Positions 1 to 25,630 of a stretch of DNA of 64,000 bases are shown here, in pieces. The notes under the pieces are model-generated. The model saw nothing but the letters and a program-made list of their open reading frames with translations. It ran no database searches and was not told the origin of the DNA. Origin of the DNA: the human T2T-CHM13v2.0 reference genome, Homo sapiens; NCBI RefSeq assembly GCF_009914755.1, contig NC_060944.1; one strand, given 5' to 3'. The stretch's first letter is position 1. The number at the start of each line of letters is the position of its first letter. A program made the translations under genes and the position numbers.

Positions 1-139
1 AGGAGGCTGAGGTGGGAGGATCACTTGAGCCCAGGAGTTTGAGGTTATAATGAGCTGTGATTACATCACTGCACTCCAGCCTGGGCAACAGAGTGAGACC
101 TTGTCTCTAAAAAATAAATAAATAATTAACACTAAATAC

Positions 140-283
140 AATAAAAAATGAAGTTATTCAGTTACAGCAACCACATGTTAAGTGCTCAACAGCTGCATGC
201 AGCTAGTGACTATGGAAAGGGACATCACTGACCAAGAATATCTCTGTCACTGCAGAAAGTTCTATGGGACAACACTTCTCTAG
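140..283. mobile_element. MER3-like hAT DNA transposon fragment
   Basis: AGTGCTCAACAG...GCTAGTG...CACTGCAGAAAGTTCTATGGGACAAC. Confidence 0.6.
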
Positions 284-559
284 AACACAAGTAGAATTAC
301 CCTAAGCCTTTGACAAGAACAAAGCTGTTTCCCCACTATAAGAATGGGAATACTGAATACAGTGACAGATGGAGGAAGGCTTGTTTCTTTGGTGAGAAAG
401 GTCTAAGGAGTTGCTACCTAATGGCCTATAGTTTATCTTGGAAATAGGAGCCAAAGGTTGGGTTACTCATGAGGATGAATACAGCTGGAGGTGGGAAGCA
501 TGGTTGGAGTTCTGAGAGGAGGGAGGACAGTTTGAAATGATGATGATGATTATTAGTAG

Positions 560-2222
<1,663 letters not shown>

Positions 2223-2538
2223 CACAACTTTTTCCTCTGTGCTTGTATGCAGGCAATAAAAAAAATTAAAATGTATTACTTGTGTAATTAAAAATTTTTA
2301 ATTAATATAGACAATGTAATCACATGACCACAATTATATTAAAAATAATGGCAAAACATCATGAACAAAATGTTTTTGTGGTTAATAATATTGGTTCTCT
2401 TTGTGAGGGCACAGATGACTTCTTTCATCTTTCTGTATTTTTCTAATTTGCTAAAATGAACATGTACTACTTTTATAATGGTGGGTGCTTTATCTTTAAA
2501 ACGTATTCACTCAGTTTATTACTGGGCTAATTACTTAC

Positions 2539-2631
2539 ATCCACTATAAAATCTTCAGCCTTCAGTTTCACGTCTAGCAATACTTTGGGTTTAGCACTGG
2601 CAACCTCTTTTGGAAGAGATTCATAGTCCTC
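2539..2631 (-). CDS. SAMHD1: SAMHD1 exon 13 (E471-D501)
   Basis: TCCAG|GAGGACTAT...GTGGAT|GTAAGT; [31 protein letters not shown]. Confidence 0.98.
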
Positions 2632-2843
2632 CTGGAAAACACAAGACTCCCCATGTTAGAATCCATTTTTCATCAAGTCTTTGAGCCACAAACAGGTTCT
2701 CTTTATGAAAATGGCACCTAACTAAGAAAAACGATTAGAGATATCCTTAACAAATATAGCTCCTACCAATGTCACTCGTTAAACAAAGAGAGCATTTTTG
2801 TAAAAAATTGTAAAAAGTGGCCAGGCGCAGTGGCTCACGTCTA

Positions 2844-3124
<281 letters not shown>

Positions 3125-3504
3125 TCACATTTTGAAAAAAAAAAAGTGACATTAACCTATTAGTACAACAAGAGGAAGTAAAGTATAACCCAAGAAATTA
3201 TTGAGGTAGGATGTGGTTATAAGTATGACTTGTGTTACGGCTTTCTGGCAAACAGAAAACTCTTCAACAAGTAGGAGGTGAAAATAGATATTTGAGCTAA
3301 AGAAGACAGGTATGTGCCATCTGGGAGACTGATATCCTGTGAAGGAACCAAGTCATTACAACAGGTCACCACAGCCTCAATGAAGCTCATGCAGGCACTT
3401 TCTTTTGAGGTTCCTTTCCCTTATATTCATTTTCTCATGTTTGAATCTAGCCAAAATTGGAGACCCACTCTCACTTCCTGGATGAGATCAAAGATTTGGA
3501 GTTA

Positions 3505-3670
3505 AGTTAGACCTGGCTTTTGAATCCTGGCTAAATATGCTTTCATGAGCAAGTTATTTAATCTCAGTGAAGCCTCAGTTTCTCTATCTGTAAAACAGGC
3601 CTAAGACCCCTGCACTACTGTGAAGATTAAATGAGAATAAACGTAAAGCACTTAGTACAGAGTCATAGTA
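3505..3670 (+). mobile_element. MIR fragment
   Basis: GCAAGTTATTTAATCTC...GCCTCAGTTTCTCTATCTGTAAAA...GTGAAGATTAAATGAGA. Confidence 0.65.
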
Positions 3671-3721
3671 TCACGATAGGTTAGTGGTCTCCTCTTGGAG
3701 GACAGAGATAACCTTTCACTA

Positions 3722-3904
<183 letters not shown>

Positions 3905-4039
3905 TCAGTTATATTAAAATAAAAACACAGAGTTAAAGAATTATATAGTGCTATTCTATTGAAATGATCTTAACAGGCAGTTCGCAAATGTAGGTACATT
4001 ATTATTTTAGCAATGTGAGAAAAATTTTTAAAAGATTTA

Positions 4040-4353
<314 letters not shown>

Positions 4354-4600
4354 TCAAAAAAAAAAAAAAGTTCCTGTCAATGTCTTGGATTTACTTCCAG
4401 GTAATCCAGAGAGTGGGGAAGGATAGAGAGAAATAAGACTGCATTGGAGTTGATGACTGCTGAGCTGGGTGATGGGCACATAAAGGTGTATGGATTTATT
4501 GTTGACATGTTTTATTTTGTCTTTAAGAAAGAATGGTGGCTAGGCGCTGTGGCTCACACCTGTGATCCCAGCAATTTGGGAGGCCAAGGCAGGTGGATCA

Positions 4601-4887
<287 letters not shown>

Positions 4888-5177
4888 CTAAATTGTCCAG
4901 TGTTTGACAAGAGTGGGTAGATGAAGCAAAACTGCCATGTGTTGATAACTGTTGAAGCTAAGTGACAGGTACATGGCTTTGTAAATTTCTATAATAATAA
5001 AACAATGATTTTTTAATGTCCCATTCGATGATGAGAGTAGAAGAAATGTTTTTCCTTTCTTTCATTTTCTCCCAATTTTTATTTTGAAAAATTTCAAAAT
5101 AAAATATCCTTCACTTAAATTCAACAATTGTTAATGTTTTTCTGCATGCGCTTTCTCCATATATATATATCTGTGCA

Positions 5178-7646
<2,469 letters not shown>

Positions 7647-7758
7647 CAATTTTATTTTTAGTTAAACAGTTTCATAATTTGTAACTAAGAACTCTGACTG
7701 GTGTACACTTTTTGTTCTACTTCTTTTGCTTTATCTCAGTCAATACTTTCCCACATTA

Positions 7759-9460
<1,702 letters not shown>

Positions 9461-9583
9461 TTATTTTTTTAAAATTAAATAATTATCTTTAAAAATGAAA
9501 AATAAAAGAAAGAAAAATAACTCATTGGCAATTCAGGGACTTCTTACAGTTTATCTGAGATGGACCATCTATGTTACCTGTTA

Positions 9584-9760
<177 letters not shown>

Positions 9761-10604
9761 TTATGTCTTACTTAAGGAAATCTTTCTACTTTAGGGAAAC
9801 AAAATAATGAGGCACAGTGTTCTAAAGACAACTGCTTCTCCACCGTACTAAATTTGTGCTTGGTAAGCTGTGAGCTGCCATGCTTACTGTGTTCCAGGCA
9901 CTGTCGCAGGGCTTTGCATTCACCATCTTATTTATTCCTCCCAACAATAAGGTAGGTGTATTCAGCCCTCATTTTATAGATGCAGAAATGAAGTAAATTT
10001 TGATTTAACCAAGTTAGGAAGAAACAGTGCCAGGCTTTGAAACTAGATATCTCTGAATTACAAAACAACAACAATAACAACAACAAAAACTCTTACCGAA
10101 GAATTAACATACAAATAGGAGAAGGTATTCCAAGTAATCTGCTCATGACAAAGGATAGGTAAAAAATAGGAATGAAGATATACTTCCTCAACACAAATGT
10201 GAAAACGAACATGAAAAGTTAATCAATTTAAGGCTATTTTAGAGACATGGAAGAAGTAACTTGACTCACACCCAGTGTTTGATAACTCCTTATGGATCTT
10301 TGAGTCACGGAGAGACCTGGCTGTACAGTTTTCTGCTATGGTTCTGACTGGGTCAGGAAGAGGTAAAATTCCTGTTGGTTTTACCATTTGGTACTAATTT
10401 TGATAAATATTTGAAAGGATACAAATAGACATTAATCTTAATCCTTAAAGTTAACTTTTGTCATTAATCTCAGAATTTAAATATTCATGTCCTACCTCCC
10501 ATTCTCCTGATGAGAATGGTGTGTAAGTGACTACCTGTGCCGAGGTCCTGAGTGATCTCAGCACTGCCGCTTCACGTCTGGCCTAAGCCAGCTCTTCTTC
10601 CCTT

Positions 10605-10656
10605 CATCTGCCCCTTTATCCACTTCCCTCCATCTGCCCCTTTATCCACTTCCCTC
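10605..10656. repeat. 26-bp tandem duplication, intron 10
   Basis: CATCTGCCCCTTTATCCACTTCCCTC x2. Confidence 0.95.
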
Positions 10657-10833
10657 CTTTTCCTCCAACTAAATTAACTTTATGCTAGATTTTTTTTCTT
10701 TAAGGAAACCATTTTCAATTTAATCACTTAATATTCACTTGAACTCATCTAGAAATGTCTAGTTGAGCCTAGTATGATACTCTAGCCAAGTATCAAGGAA
10801 AATTTTATAGGGAAATGACAATCAAGTTTCTTA

Positions 10834-10950
<117 letters not shown>

Positions 10951-11125
10951 TTAATAGGATCAGATTATGTTAACGTTATTAGAGACAAGTATATAGGACA
11001 AGGAAGGAAAAGGGATAGTGGCAGACAAGAGGGCTATGCACCGGGGCTTCTTCATTAACACCTTTGACCCCACTAAAAAATGAGGAGGCAGATTAGTAAA
11101 GCCATTTATTGGCTTGCAACTTTCA

Positions 11126-11159
<34 letters not shown>

Positions 11160-11193
11160 TGAGGTCTTGCTATGTTGCTCAGGCTGGTCTTAA

Positions 11194-11610
<417 letters not shown>

Positions 11611-11816
11611 TGATCTGCCCGCCTCGGCCTCCCATAGTGCTGGGATTACAGGCGTGAGCCACTGTGCCCGGCCAAGAACTTTCATTCTTAATAAACTAGG
11701 CCAGGTGCGATGGCTCATGCCTGTAACCCCAGCACTTTGGGAGGCCGAGGTGGGCAGATCACCTGAGGTCAGGAGTTCAAGACCAGCCTGGCCAACATGG
11801 TGAAACCCTGTCTCTA

Positions 11817-11999
<183 letters not shown>

Positions 12000-12522
12000 C
12001 TAAAATCTATCACATGCTCAAACTCTGTGACAGTTTCCGTTTTAGGCATCTTAAATTAAATATATATATATTTTAATCCTCCCAATAACTCTAGGAAATA
12101 GGTATTACTATTCTTATGTTCTTCATTCTTGACTTTTTTTTTTTTTTTTTAGACAGTCTCGCTCTGTCACCCAGGTTGGAATGCAGTGGCACACAATCTT
12201 GGCTCACTGCAACCTCCACCTCCCAGGTTCAACCGATTCTCGTACCTCATCCTCCTGAGTAGCTGGGATTACAGGTGTATGCTACCACGCCTGGCTAATT
12301 TTTGTATTTTCAGTAGAGACAGGGTTTCACTATGTTGGCCAGGATGGTCTCAAACTCGGTAGCCCAAGAGATTTGCCCACCTCAGCCTTGCGAAGTAGTG
12401 GGATTACAGATATGTACCACCACGCCTAGCCCTTCTTGACTTTCTATAGTATAGTACTATACTACTTTTTGATTACATGACTGCCATCTAACAGGGACCT
12501 AGTGATTTCAGCTGTTTAACTA

Positions 12523-14209
<1,687 letters not shown>

Positions 14210-14318
14210 TATAAAATTTTTCAACACTAATACAGTGATTAAAAATGAGACTCTGGGCCAGGCACCTTGGCTCATGCCTGTAATCCCAGCACTTTGGGAG
14301 GCCGAGGCGGGCAGATCA

Positions 14319-14607
<289 letters not shown>

Positions 14608-15012
14608 TTATATGCCTTCTCTGTGCCTTAATTTGCTTGCCTGTTGAATGGAATAATAGTATCTATCTCACAGGGTTATACGGAATGAGTTGATCCGTCC
14701 AAAGCACTTAAAATGATGCCTCATACAAGCCAGGCATGATAGTGTGCACCTGTAGTCCCAGCTACTTGGGAGGCTGAGGAGGGAGGATCACTTGAGCTCA
14801 GGAGTTCAAGACTAGCCTGGGCAACACAGTGAGATCCTATTTCAAAAAAAAAAAATGCAACCAACCAAACAAAAAAACCCCAAAACCAGTGTCTAACTCA
14901 AAACTTAATAAATGTCCATGTTAATTTTATTATTATTTAATAATGCAGTAGAAGGGAAGAGACTAAAGATATTTACAAATCCTAGGAATTAAGTAAAGAG
15001 ACTGACGATTTA

Positions 15013-15261
<249 letters not shown>

Positions 15262-15283
15262 TTAAATAGTAATACTAAATTTA

Positions 15284-15478
<195 letters not shown>

Positions 15479-16893
15479 TTATAAACAAAGCAAAGCAATT
15501 TTATTAATCTGTAAAATATAAACAGATACCTGACTGGGAATATGAGATAAACTAGAAGGTTCTATTCTTTCTTTCTTCCACTTCATTTCAAAACTAGTAG
15601 AAAGGGAAAAGAAATGCTAAGGTATATGATACCCTATTGTTACCACATTTTCTTGTGCCACTGAAAAGATCTGAACTCTATTACATTTCCCAAAACCAAC
15701 AACTTTTGTGTTTTCTTGGTTTATAAGTTTTTGAAAAATATAAAATCTAGGCCAGGCATGGTGGCTCACGCCTGTAATCTCATCACTTTGGGAGGCCGAG
15801 GAGGGCGGATCACGAGGTCTGGAGTTTGAAACCAGCTTGGCCAAGATGGTGAAACCCTGTCTCTACTAAAAACACAAAATTAGTTGGGCATGGTAGCAAG
15901 CGCCTGTACTCCCAGCTACTCAGGAGGCTGAGGCAGGAGAATCGCCTGAACTCAGGAGGCGGAGGTTGCAGTGACCTGAGGTTGTGCCACTGCCCTCTAG
16001 CCTGGGCAACAGAGCAAGACACCGTCTCAAAAATAAATAAATAAATAATATAAAATCTAATAATAAACTAACAATGCTTGAATTCATGCATTAAAACAGT
16101 ACTATCTTTCAAAGTAGCTACATACCTAGTCTAAATAATATGCATTGTTGAATGTATTCTTTGAGCTCCACTTTTTTGGAAATAGGATATTTGCTACAAA
16201 ACTCATCTGTTTATCTTATACTGTAAGTACACTTGTATATATTTGAGGAAACAGCCCTAAAAATCTCAGGGGGAAATTATTTCCCAACTTTATTTTTAAT
16301 TAAAAAAATACAAAAGATCAAAAAGGAAACAAAACAGATTTTCCATTGAACCGGTTCAACTTTTTTGTAGATCTTCCTATAAATATTTCAAATATGATTT
16401 TTTTTTAAATTTGTAGACAGGATCTAGCTCTGTTGCCCAGGCTGGAGTGCAGTTGCACAATCACAGATCACTGCAGCCTGCCTCAGCCTCCCAAGCATCT
16501 GAGACTACAGGCATGAGACAGGGTTTCAGTATTACCCAGGCTGATCTCAAACTCCTGGGCTCAAGTGATCCTCCCATCATGGCCTCCCAAAGTGCTGGGA
16601 TTACAGGCATGAGTCACTGAGCCTGGCCAAATATGTTCATTTTAATGGTTAAATAAAACATACACATTTACATTCCAAACAAAGTTACTTTAGGCTTCTA
16701 TATAAAATACTGCAGGCCAGGTATGGTGGCTCACGCCTGTAATCCCAGTATTTTGGGAGGCCAAAGTGGGAGAATCACTTGAGCCCAGGAGTTCGAAACC
16801 AGCTTAGGCAACATAGTGAGACCACATCTCCAAAAAAAAAAATTTTTTTTAATGAATAAAATACTGCATATATATTCACTAAAAAAGAATTTA

Positions 16894-17227
<334 letters not shown>

Positions 17228-17317
17228 TTATGCCAAGCACAGTGGCTCACACCTGTAATCCCAGCACTTTCAGAGGCAGAGCTGGGCAGATCACTTGAGC
17301 TCAGGATTTCAAGACTA

Positions 17318-17593
<276 letters not shown>

Positions 17594-17722
17594 TTATTTT
17601 TTGCATTAAACAGTAGAAACATAGAACTCATATTTTATCATTTAGCCTCTAAAATAGCCAAATGTATAACTCAGAAGGAATCATGAAAAGGCTAGATGAA
17701 AAGCACCAGTCAGTTAAAATTA

Positions 17723-17896
<174 letters not shown>

Positions 17897-18270
17897 CTAG
17901 GAAAAGTAAGCACAATATGATGTGTTAAAGATTCTAGCCCATTGGGAGCCCTGACTAACAAAATTATCCTCAATTCCAAGTAATTCTGAGATAAAGGTCT
18001 ATTGCATATTAATTCTCTAGTTTCTAACCACAATCTTAGGAACATTTTTAAAAACCTGTCAGATTTTTCATTTTACTAGTAGTCTACAAACCTTTTACAA
18101 AACTTATTTCATAAACATATTTAATGCATTTAATGATATAATCATTTACAGTTCCTAAATGAATATTATAAGATCATGTAGACAGAATTACATTTTAATA
18201 AATATCATCATAAAATTGAATTTTATTTTTTCATCAGCCTTTGAACACGTGCAGTTATAAGCTCTGTTAG

Positions 18271-18306
18271 GCACTACCATCTAGTGGTGAAAAGGGGTAA
18301 CTGCAA
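18271..18306 (-). promoter_or_regulatory. Candidate CTCF site with upstream motif, intron 6
   Basis: Minus strand TTGCAGTTACCCCTTTTCACCACTAGATGGTAGTGC: core CCACTAGATGGTAG (one mismatch to CCASYAGRKGGCRS) with TGCAG 13 nt upstream. Confidence 0.55.
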
Positions 18307-18934
18307 ACTTGCCAGTAAAAACAAAGATCTCCCTTGAAATCTCCAATTGGCCTGTTTGCTCATCTCTCTCTGCTCACTCATTCACAATCAATGTAAAGGA
18401 TCAAATGAACTCCTGAAGACATCTGCCCTTTCCTAGATCCTACCAAAAACTAACTCAAGATGAAAAACAAAACCTGAATTATCCTATAACTATATTTTTT
18501 TAAAAAAAGAGACAGGGAATTGCTCTGTTGCCCTGGCTAGAGTCCAGTGATGTGATCATGGGGTCACTGTAGTCTTGAACTCCTGGGCTCAAGTGATCCT
18601 CCCACTTCAGCCTCCCGAGTAGCTGAAACCACAGGTGCACACCACCCTACCCAGCTAATTTTTAGATTTTTTTGTAGAGGCAGGGTCTTGATTTGTTGAC
18701 CAGGTTGGTCTTGAACTCCTAGGCTCAAATAATCCTCCTGTCTCAGCCTCCCAAAGTGGCAGGATTACAAGCAACTTGCCCTATAACTATTCTTTCCCCG
18801 CCCCCCCAGAAACAATTCTTGCTCCAGAAACTATTCTTAAAAACAGAATCAGGGCTGTCAGGCCTGGGTGCGGTGGCTCACACCTGTAATCCCAGCGTTT
18901 TGGGAGGCCGAGGTGGGCGGATCACTTGAGGTCA

Positions 18935-19138
<204 letters not shown>

Positions 19139-19799
19139 TCAAAAGAAAAAAAAAAAACCCACAAAAACAGAATCAGGCTGGGTGCAGTGGCTCACATTTG
19201 TAATCCTAGCATTTTTTTGAGAGGCAAAGGTGGGAGGATTGCTTGAGCCCAGGAGTTCGAGAGCAGCCTGGGCAACAAAGCAAGACCCTGTCTCTACAAA
19301 AAGATAAAAAGATTGGCTGGGTATAGTGACATGCGCCTGTGGTCCCAGCTACTTGGGAGACCAAGGTGGGAGGATTGCTTGAGCCCAGGTGGTTGAGGCT
19401 GCAGTTAGCTATGTTCATGCCTGTACTCCAGCCTGGGCAACAGAGCAAGACCTTGTCTCCAAAAAACAACAACAACAACAAACAAATTGGCCGGGCACAG
19501 TAGCTCACCCCTGTAATCCCAGCACTTTAGGAGGCGGAGGCAGGCAGATCACGAGGTCAGGAGATCAAGATCATACTGGCCAACATGGTGACACCCCATC
19601 TCTACTAAAAATATAAAAATTAGCTGGGTGTGGTGGCATGCACCTGTAGTCCCAGCTACTCAGGAGGCTGAAGCAGGAGAAACGCTTGAACTCGGGAGGC
19701 GGAGGTTGCAGTGAGCCGAGATCACGCCACTGCACTACAGGCTGGGCGACACAGCGAGACTCTGTCTCAAAAAAAAAAAAAAAAAAAAACGAATTGAAT

Positions 19800-20760
<961 letters not shown>

Positions 20761-21191
20761 CAACAATTTACATTCTTTGAGAGACAGGGCTCTTGCTCTA
20801 TCACCCAGGCTGGAGCTCAGTGGCATATTCATAGCTCAGTGTATCCCTGAACTCCTGGATTCAAGTAATCCTCCCGTTCTCAGTAGCTAGGACCACAGGT
20901 GTGCACCACAATGACCAGCTGATGTTTTCATAATTTTGTAGAGACAGTTTCACTATGTTGCCCAGGCTGGTGTTGAACTCCTGGGCTCAAAGCTATCCTC
21001 CTGCCTTAGCCTCCCAAACTGTTGGGATTACAGGTGTAAGCCACTGTGTCCAGTCTAAAAACTAACTTTCTTTTTTTGAGACAAGTTCTCACTCTGTTAC
21101 CTACGTTGGAGTGCAGTAGCACGATCACAGCTCATTGCAGCCTCGACCTCCCAGGCTCAAGCAATCCTGCCACCCCACCATGCCTGGCTAA

Positions 21192-21338
<147 letters not shown>

Positions 21339-21344
21339 TAATGA

Positions 21345-21581
<237 letters not shown>

Positions 21582-22203
21582 TAGCCAGGATGGTCTCAAT
21601 CTTCTGACCTTGTGATCCGCCCACCTTGGCCTCCCAAAGTGCTCAGATTACAGGCGCGAGCCACCACGCCTGGCCAAGAGAGAGTATTTTAAAAAATAAA
21701 AATGAGGTGGATCACTTGACCCTGGGAGGCAGAGGTTGCAGTGAGCTTAGATGACATCACTGAGCTCCTGCCCGGGTGACAGGGCAAGACCCTCTCTCAA
21801 AAACAATAAAATAAAAATAAATAAATAAATAAATAAAGTAAGGGATTTTCAAAATAGTAGTTTTAAATATATCAATGCCAACTGTGAATATACTAGCAAA
21901 CAGAAAAAATTAAGTTTCATAAAGCTAGCACAGACCATAATAACAACTAAAATTATAAGGAACTTAGGAGTAAGTATAACAAAGATGTATGACTTTCATG
22001 GCAAGCCTAGGCAACATAGTAAGACTCCATCTCTACAAATAAATACCCAGGTGTGACGGTGCAGGCCTGTGGCCCCAGCTACTTGGGAGGCTGAGATGGA
22101 AGGATCGCTTGAGTCTGGAGGTCAAGACCAGCCTGGGCAACATAGTAAGACTCTGTTCTCCACAGAAAGGAAAAAATAAAAACATAAATCTTATTATAAA
22201 GTA

Positions 22204-23110
22204 TGTCAACCTAAAAGGAAGGAGCTGAGAAATATTTAATATAGAGAGTTTATTTGGGCCAAGGTTGAGGACACATTTACAAATTGCCTTGGGGAATGCT
22301 TGGGGAGAACAAAAGAGGCTCAAGTTTTTAAACAAAAAAGGACTGGCCAGGTGTGGTGGCTTAGGCCTGTAATCTCAGCACTTTAGGAGGCCAAGCGGGG
22401 CAGATAGCTTGAGCTCGGGAGTTGAGACCAGTCTGGGTAACAAAGTGAGGCCCACTCCCTCTACAAAAAATATAAAAAATTAGCTGGGCATGGTAGTGTG
22501 TGCCTGTAGTCCCAGCTACTCTGGAGGATGAAGTGGGAGAATTGCTTGAGCCTTGGAAGTCGAGGTTGCAGTAAGCCATGTTTGCACCACTGCACTCCAC
22601 CCTGGGTGACAAAGCAAGATCCTGTTGAGGGGAGGGGAGGGGAAAGGAGGGAAGGGGGAAGGGGAAAGAAAAGGAAGGGAAAGAAGGGAAGGAAGGGAAA
22701 GAAAGGAAGGAAAGGAAGGAAGGAAGGGAAAAAGAGAAAGAATGAGAAAGAAAGAAAGTGAGAAAGAGAAAAAGAGAGACAGAGACAGAAGGGAGAGAAA
22801 AGAAAAAAAAAGAAAAGAGCATAAATCAGGAGGAGGAGGTGATCACAAAGAGGAGGTGATAACAAAAGTTGTTAGTCAGGAATGTTCACTGGCTTACAGA
22901 AATAACATTAGTTAGTGATTGGCTACATATTATGAAGTACAGGATATATGGCATTTTATGGTTACCTGGCATCCCACATAACAGCTGGCTTCAAGAGATA
23001 ATAATTATTTAGCTCAAGGGGGCGTGACATGATTGCTGTTCTATTTCAATGCCTCTCTGGGCCTGATAATGTAAAGGGGCTCATATTTCTCAGATAAAAA
23101 TTTCTTTTCT
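22204..23110 (-). mobile_element. Probable ERV1 (MER4-group) LTR interrupted by an Alu and the purine tract, intron 6
   Basis: TGTCAACCTAAAA...AGAGTTTATTTGGGCCAAGGTTGAGGAC resembles an antisense LTR U5/polyA region; subfamily uncertain. Confidence 0.45.
22627..22820. repeat. Polypurine low-complexity tract (GGGGA/GGAA/GAAA) at an Alu tail
   Basis: About 190 nt almost exclusively A/G on the plus strand. Confidence 0.9.
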
Positions 23111-23426
23111 TCTTTTTTTTTCTTCCCCAAGTAACAAGTGTGGAAACAGAACAGAATGCAGAATGATTCATCATATATGGGAAGTTAATAAATGTTGGGG
23201 TTGGTATTACAGTCAGTGGGGATAGGATGAACTATTAAAAAATTAGATTTCTCGGCCGGGCACGGTGGCTCACGTCTGTAATCCCAGCGCTTTGGGAGGC
23301 CGATGTGGGTGGATCATGAGATCAGGAGTTCGAGACCAGCCTAACCAACATGGTGAAAGCCATCTCTACTAAAAATACAAAAGTCAGCCAGGTGTGGTAG
23401 CACATGCCTGTAATCCCAGCTATTCA

Positions 23427-23573
<147 letters not shown>

Positions 23574-23879
23574 TTACACAAAAATAAATTGTACATGAGC
23601 TAAGGATTTAAATGTGAAAGGCAAAATGCTTAAAGGAATAGATTTGGTAATGATTGAGAAGATCCTATTAGATCAACTGCAGAAGAAAACAACTATAAGC
23701 TCTGGACAACTCCCTGAAGGTCCTGGAGAGAGACCAAAACCAAGTGGATGTTAGACCTCAATACTTAGAAGGGAGAGGTGCTGGGTGACATTCCGGTTTT
23801 ATGGTTTTTTGCCTAAGGGCAGGCCCCAGGACAGAAAAACTGGTGAGAAACTACCCATTTTACTGGCTTGCAGAACCAG

Positions 23880-24980
23880 AGTACTTCATCAAAATTGAAA
23901 ACGTCTGTTTTTCAAAAGGCACCATGAAAAAATGAATTGGCCAAGCCAGACACTGGGGAAAAATATTCACAATACATATACCTAACCATATATATACATA
24001 AAGAATTCCTACAACTCAGTAATCAAAGAGCAAGCAATCAAACTTTTTAAACGAGTAAAATGTTGAGAGTTCTTTGCAGAAGAAGATATATCAATAACAA
24101 AGTACAAAGTACAGGAAATAGTATTCAACATACATTAGAAAATCAAACCATGAAATACCATTTGACACTCATTAGAAGGGCTAATTTGAAAGGTCAAATG
24201 TTGATGAGGCTGTAAAACAACTGGAACTCCAGTATGTTGCTGATGGGAGTGTAAAATGGTACAACCGCATTGGAAAACTCTGGTAGTTTCTTATAGAATT
24301 AAATACATATCTACCATATGACCCAGCAATTCTAGCTCCTCGGTATTTACCTAAGTGAAATGAAAATGTATTTCTTTATTTTATCTATTTTTATTTTTAT
24401 AAAATAATGTATTTCTGCTGAATGTATTTCTTGTTTTAAAAATGTAATTAACTTTCCACACTACAACAACATAGAAAATGTATTTCTACCAAAATCTTGT
24501 ACGATAATATGCACGACAACCTTATTTATAACAACCAAAACCTGAAAACAATCCAAATTCCAACAAAACAAGAAAGGGTAAACAAATTGTGACTTATTTG
24601 CATAATGCCACACTACGTAGGCGATAAAAAAAAGGATCAACTACTGAGGCACATAACATGAACAAATCTCAAAACCATTATGTTGAGTAAATAAAGCAAG
24701 GCATAAAATAGGACCTCCTATATGATTCTGCTTAATCAAGTCTAAGAACAACAAAATTCATTTATGTTTGTAAAAATCAGAAGGTGATGGTGGGGTGAGG
24801 GGGAGTGAGAATTGACTAGGAAAAAGCACATGGGAATTTTTCAGGAAGATGAAAATGTTCTATATCCTGACTGGGTAATAGTCATATGGATGTATACGCC
24901 TGTCAAAACTCACTGAACTTAAGATCTGGACAACTTATTGTATGTGAACTATACCTCAAAAAAAGAGAGAGAGAAAAAAA
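23880..24980 (+). mobile_element. Old L1M 3' portion (ORF2 end / 3' UTR)
   Basis: TACAACTCA, GTTGCTGATGGGAGTGTAAAATGGTACAACC, CCATATGACCCAGCAATTC, ending TATACCTCAAAA. Confidence 0.75.
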
Positions 24981-25531
24981 AAGTGGTTGACATGTAAGAA
25001 GTTTTCAATATATATTAATATCCTTTTTCTATTCCCGTTCCAGAAATACAGTGTAGTAAAAACCAACCTAATTTTACTTCTCAAAAATTGATTCCAAAAT
25101 ATGGGACAGCCACCTGCAAATGCCTAATTTTAAAATGATTCATTTAATATATATGACTTGGCTGGTAAGTTAGTTCGTGGTCATACCAAATGTGTCAAAA
25201 CTGGAGTTGGCCTTTTATTATACAGTAGTACAATGGAGCAGAAGGAGTATTAAACTGGCAACTGGTTTTGTATTGCTGATTCCAGTATTTAACGGCTTTG
25301 TGATTTTTGATGCATCAATACACATCCAAGAGTTTCAAGTTCCTTTATTTGTAAAAAGGGAGATAACGATAACTTCCTTACAGACTACTGTGAGAACCAA
25401 ACAAAAGCATATATATATATATGTGAATGAAAGCACCCTGGACACTGTAATGGGGAAGTATTTTATAACACAGTAGTGGAACCAAACAGATAAATTAACT
25501 AAATAACCTGCTTAAATAGTCTTTCTTTTTA

Positions 25532-25630
<99 letters not shown>

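Noticed and set aside
22361-22915. Phe/Ser/Leu-rich and Lys/Arg/Glu-rich ORFs
   Set aside because: Translations of the purine tract
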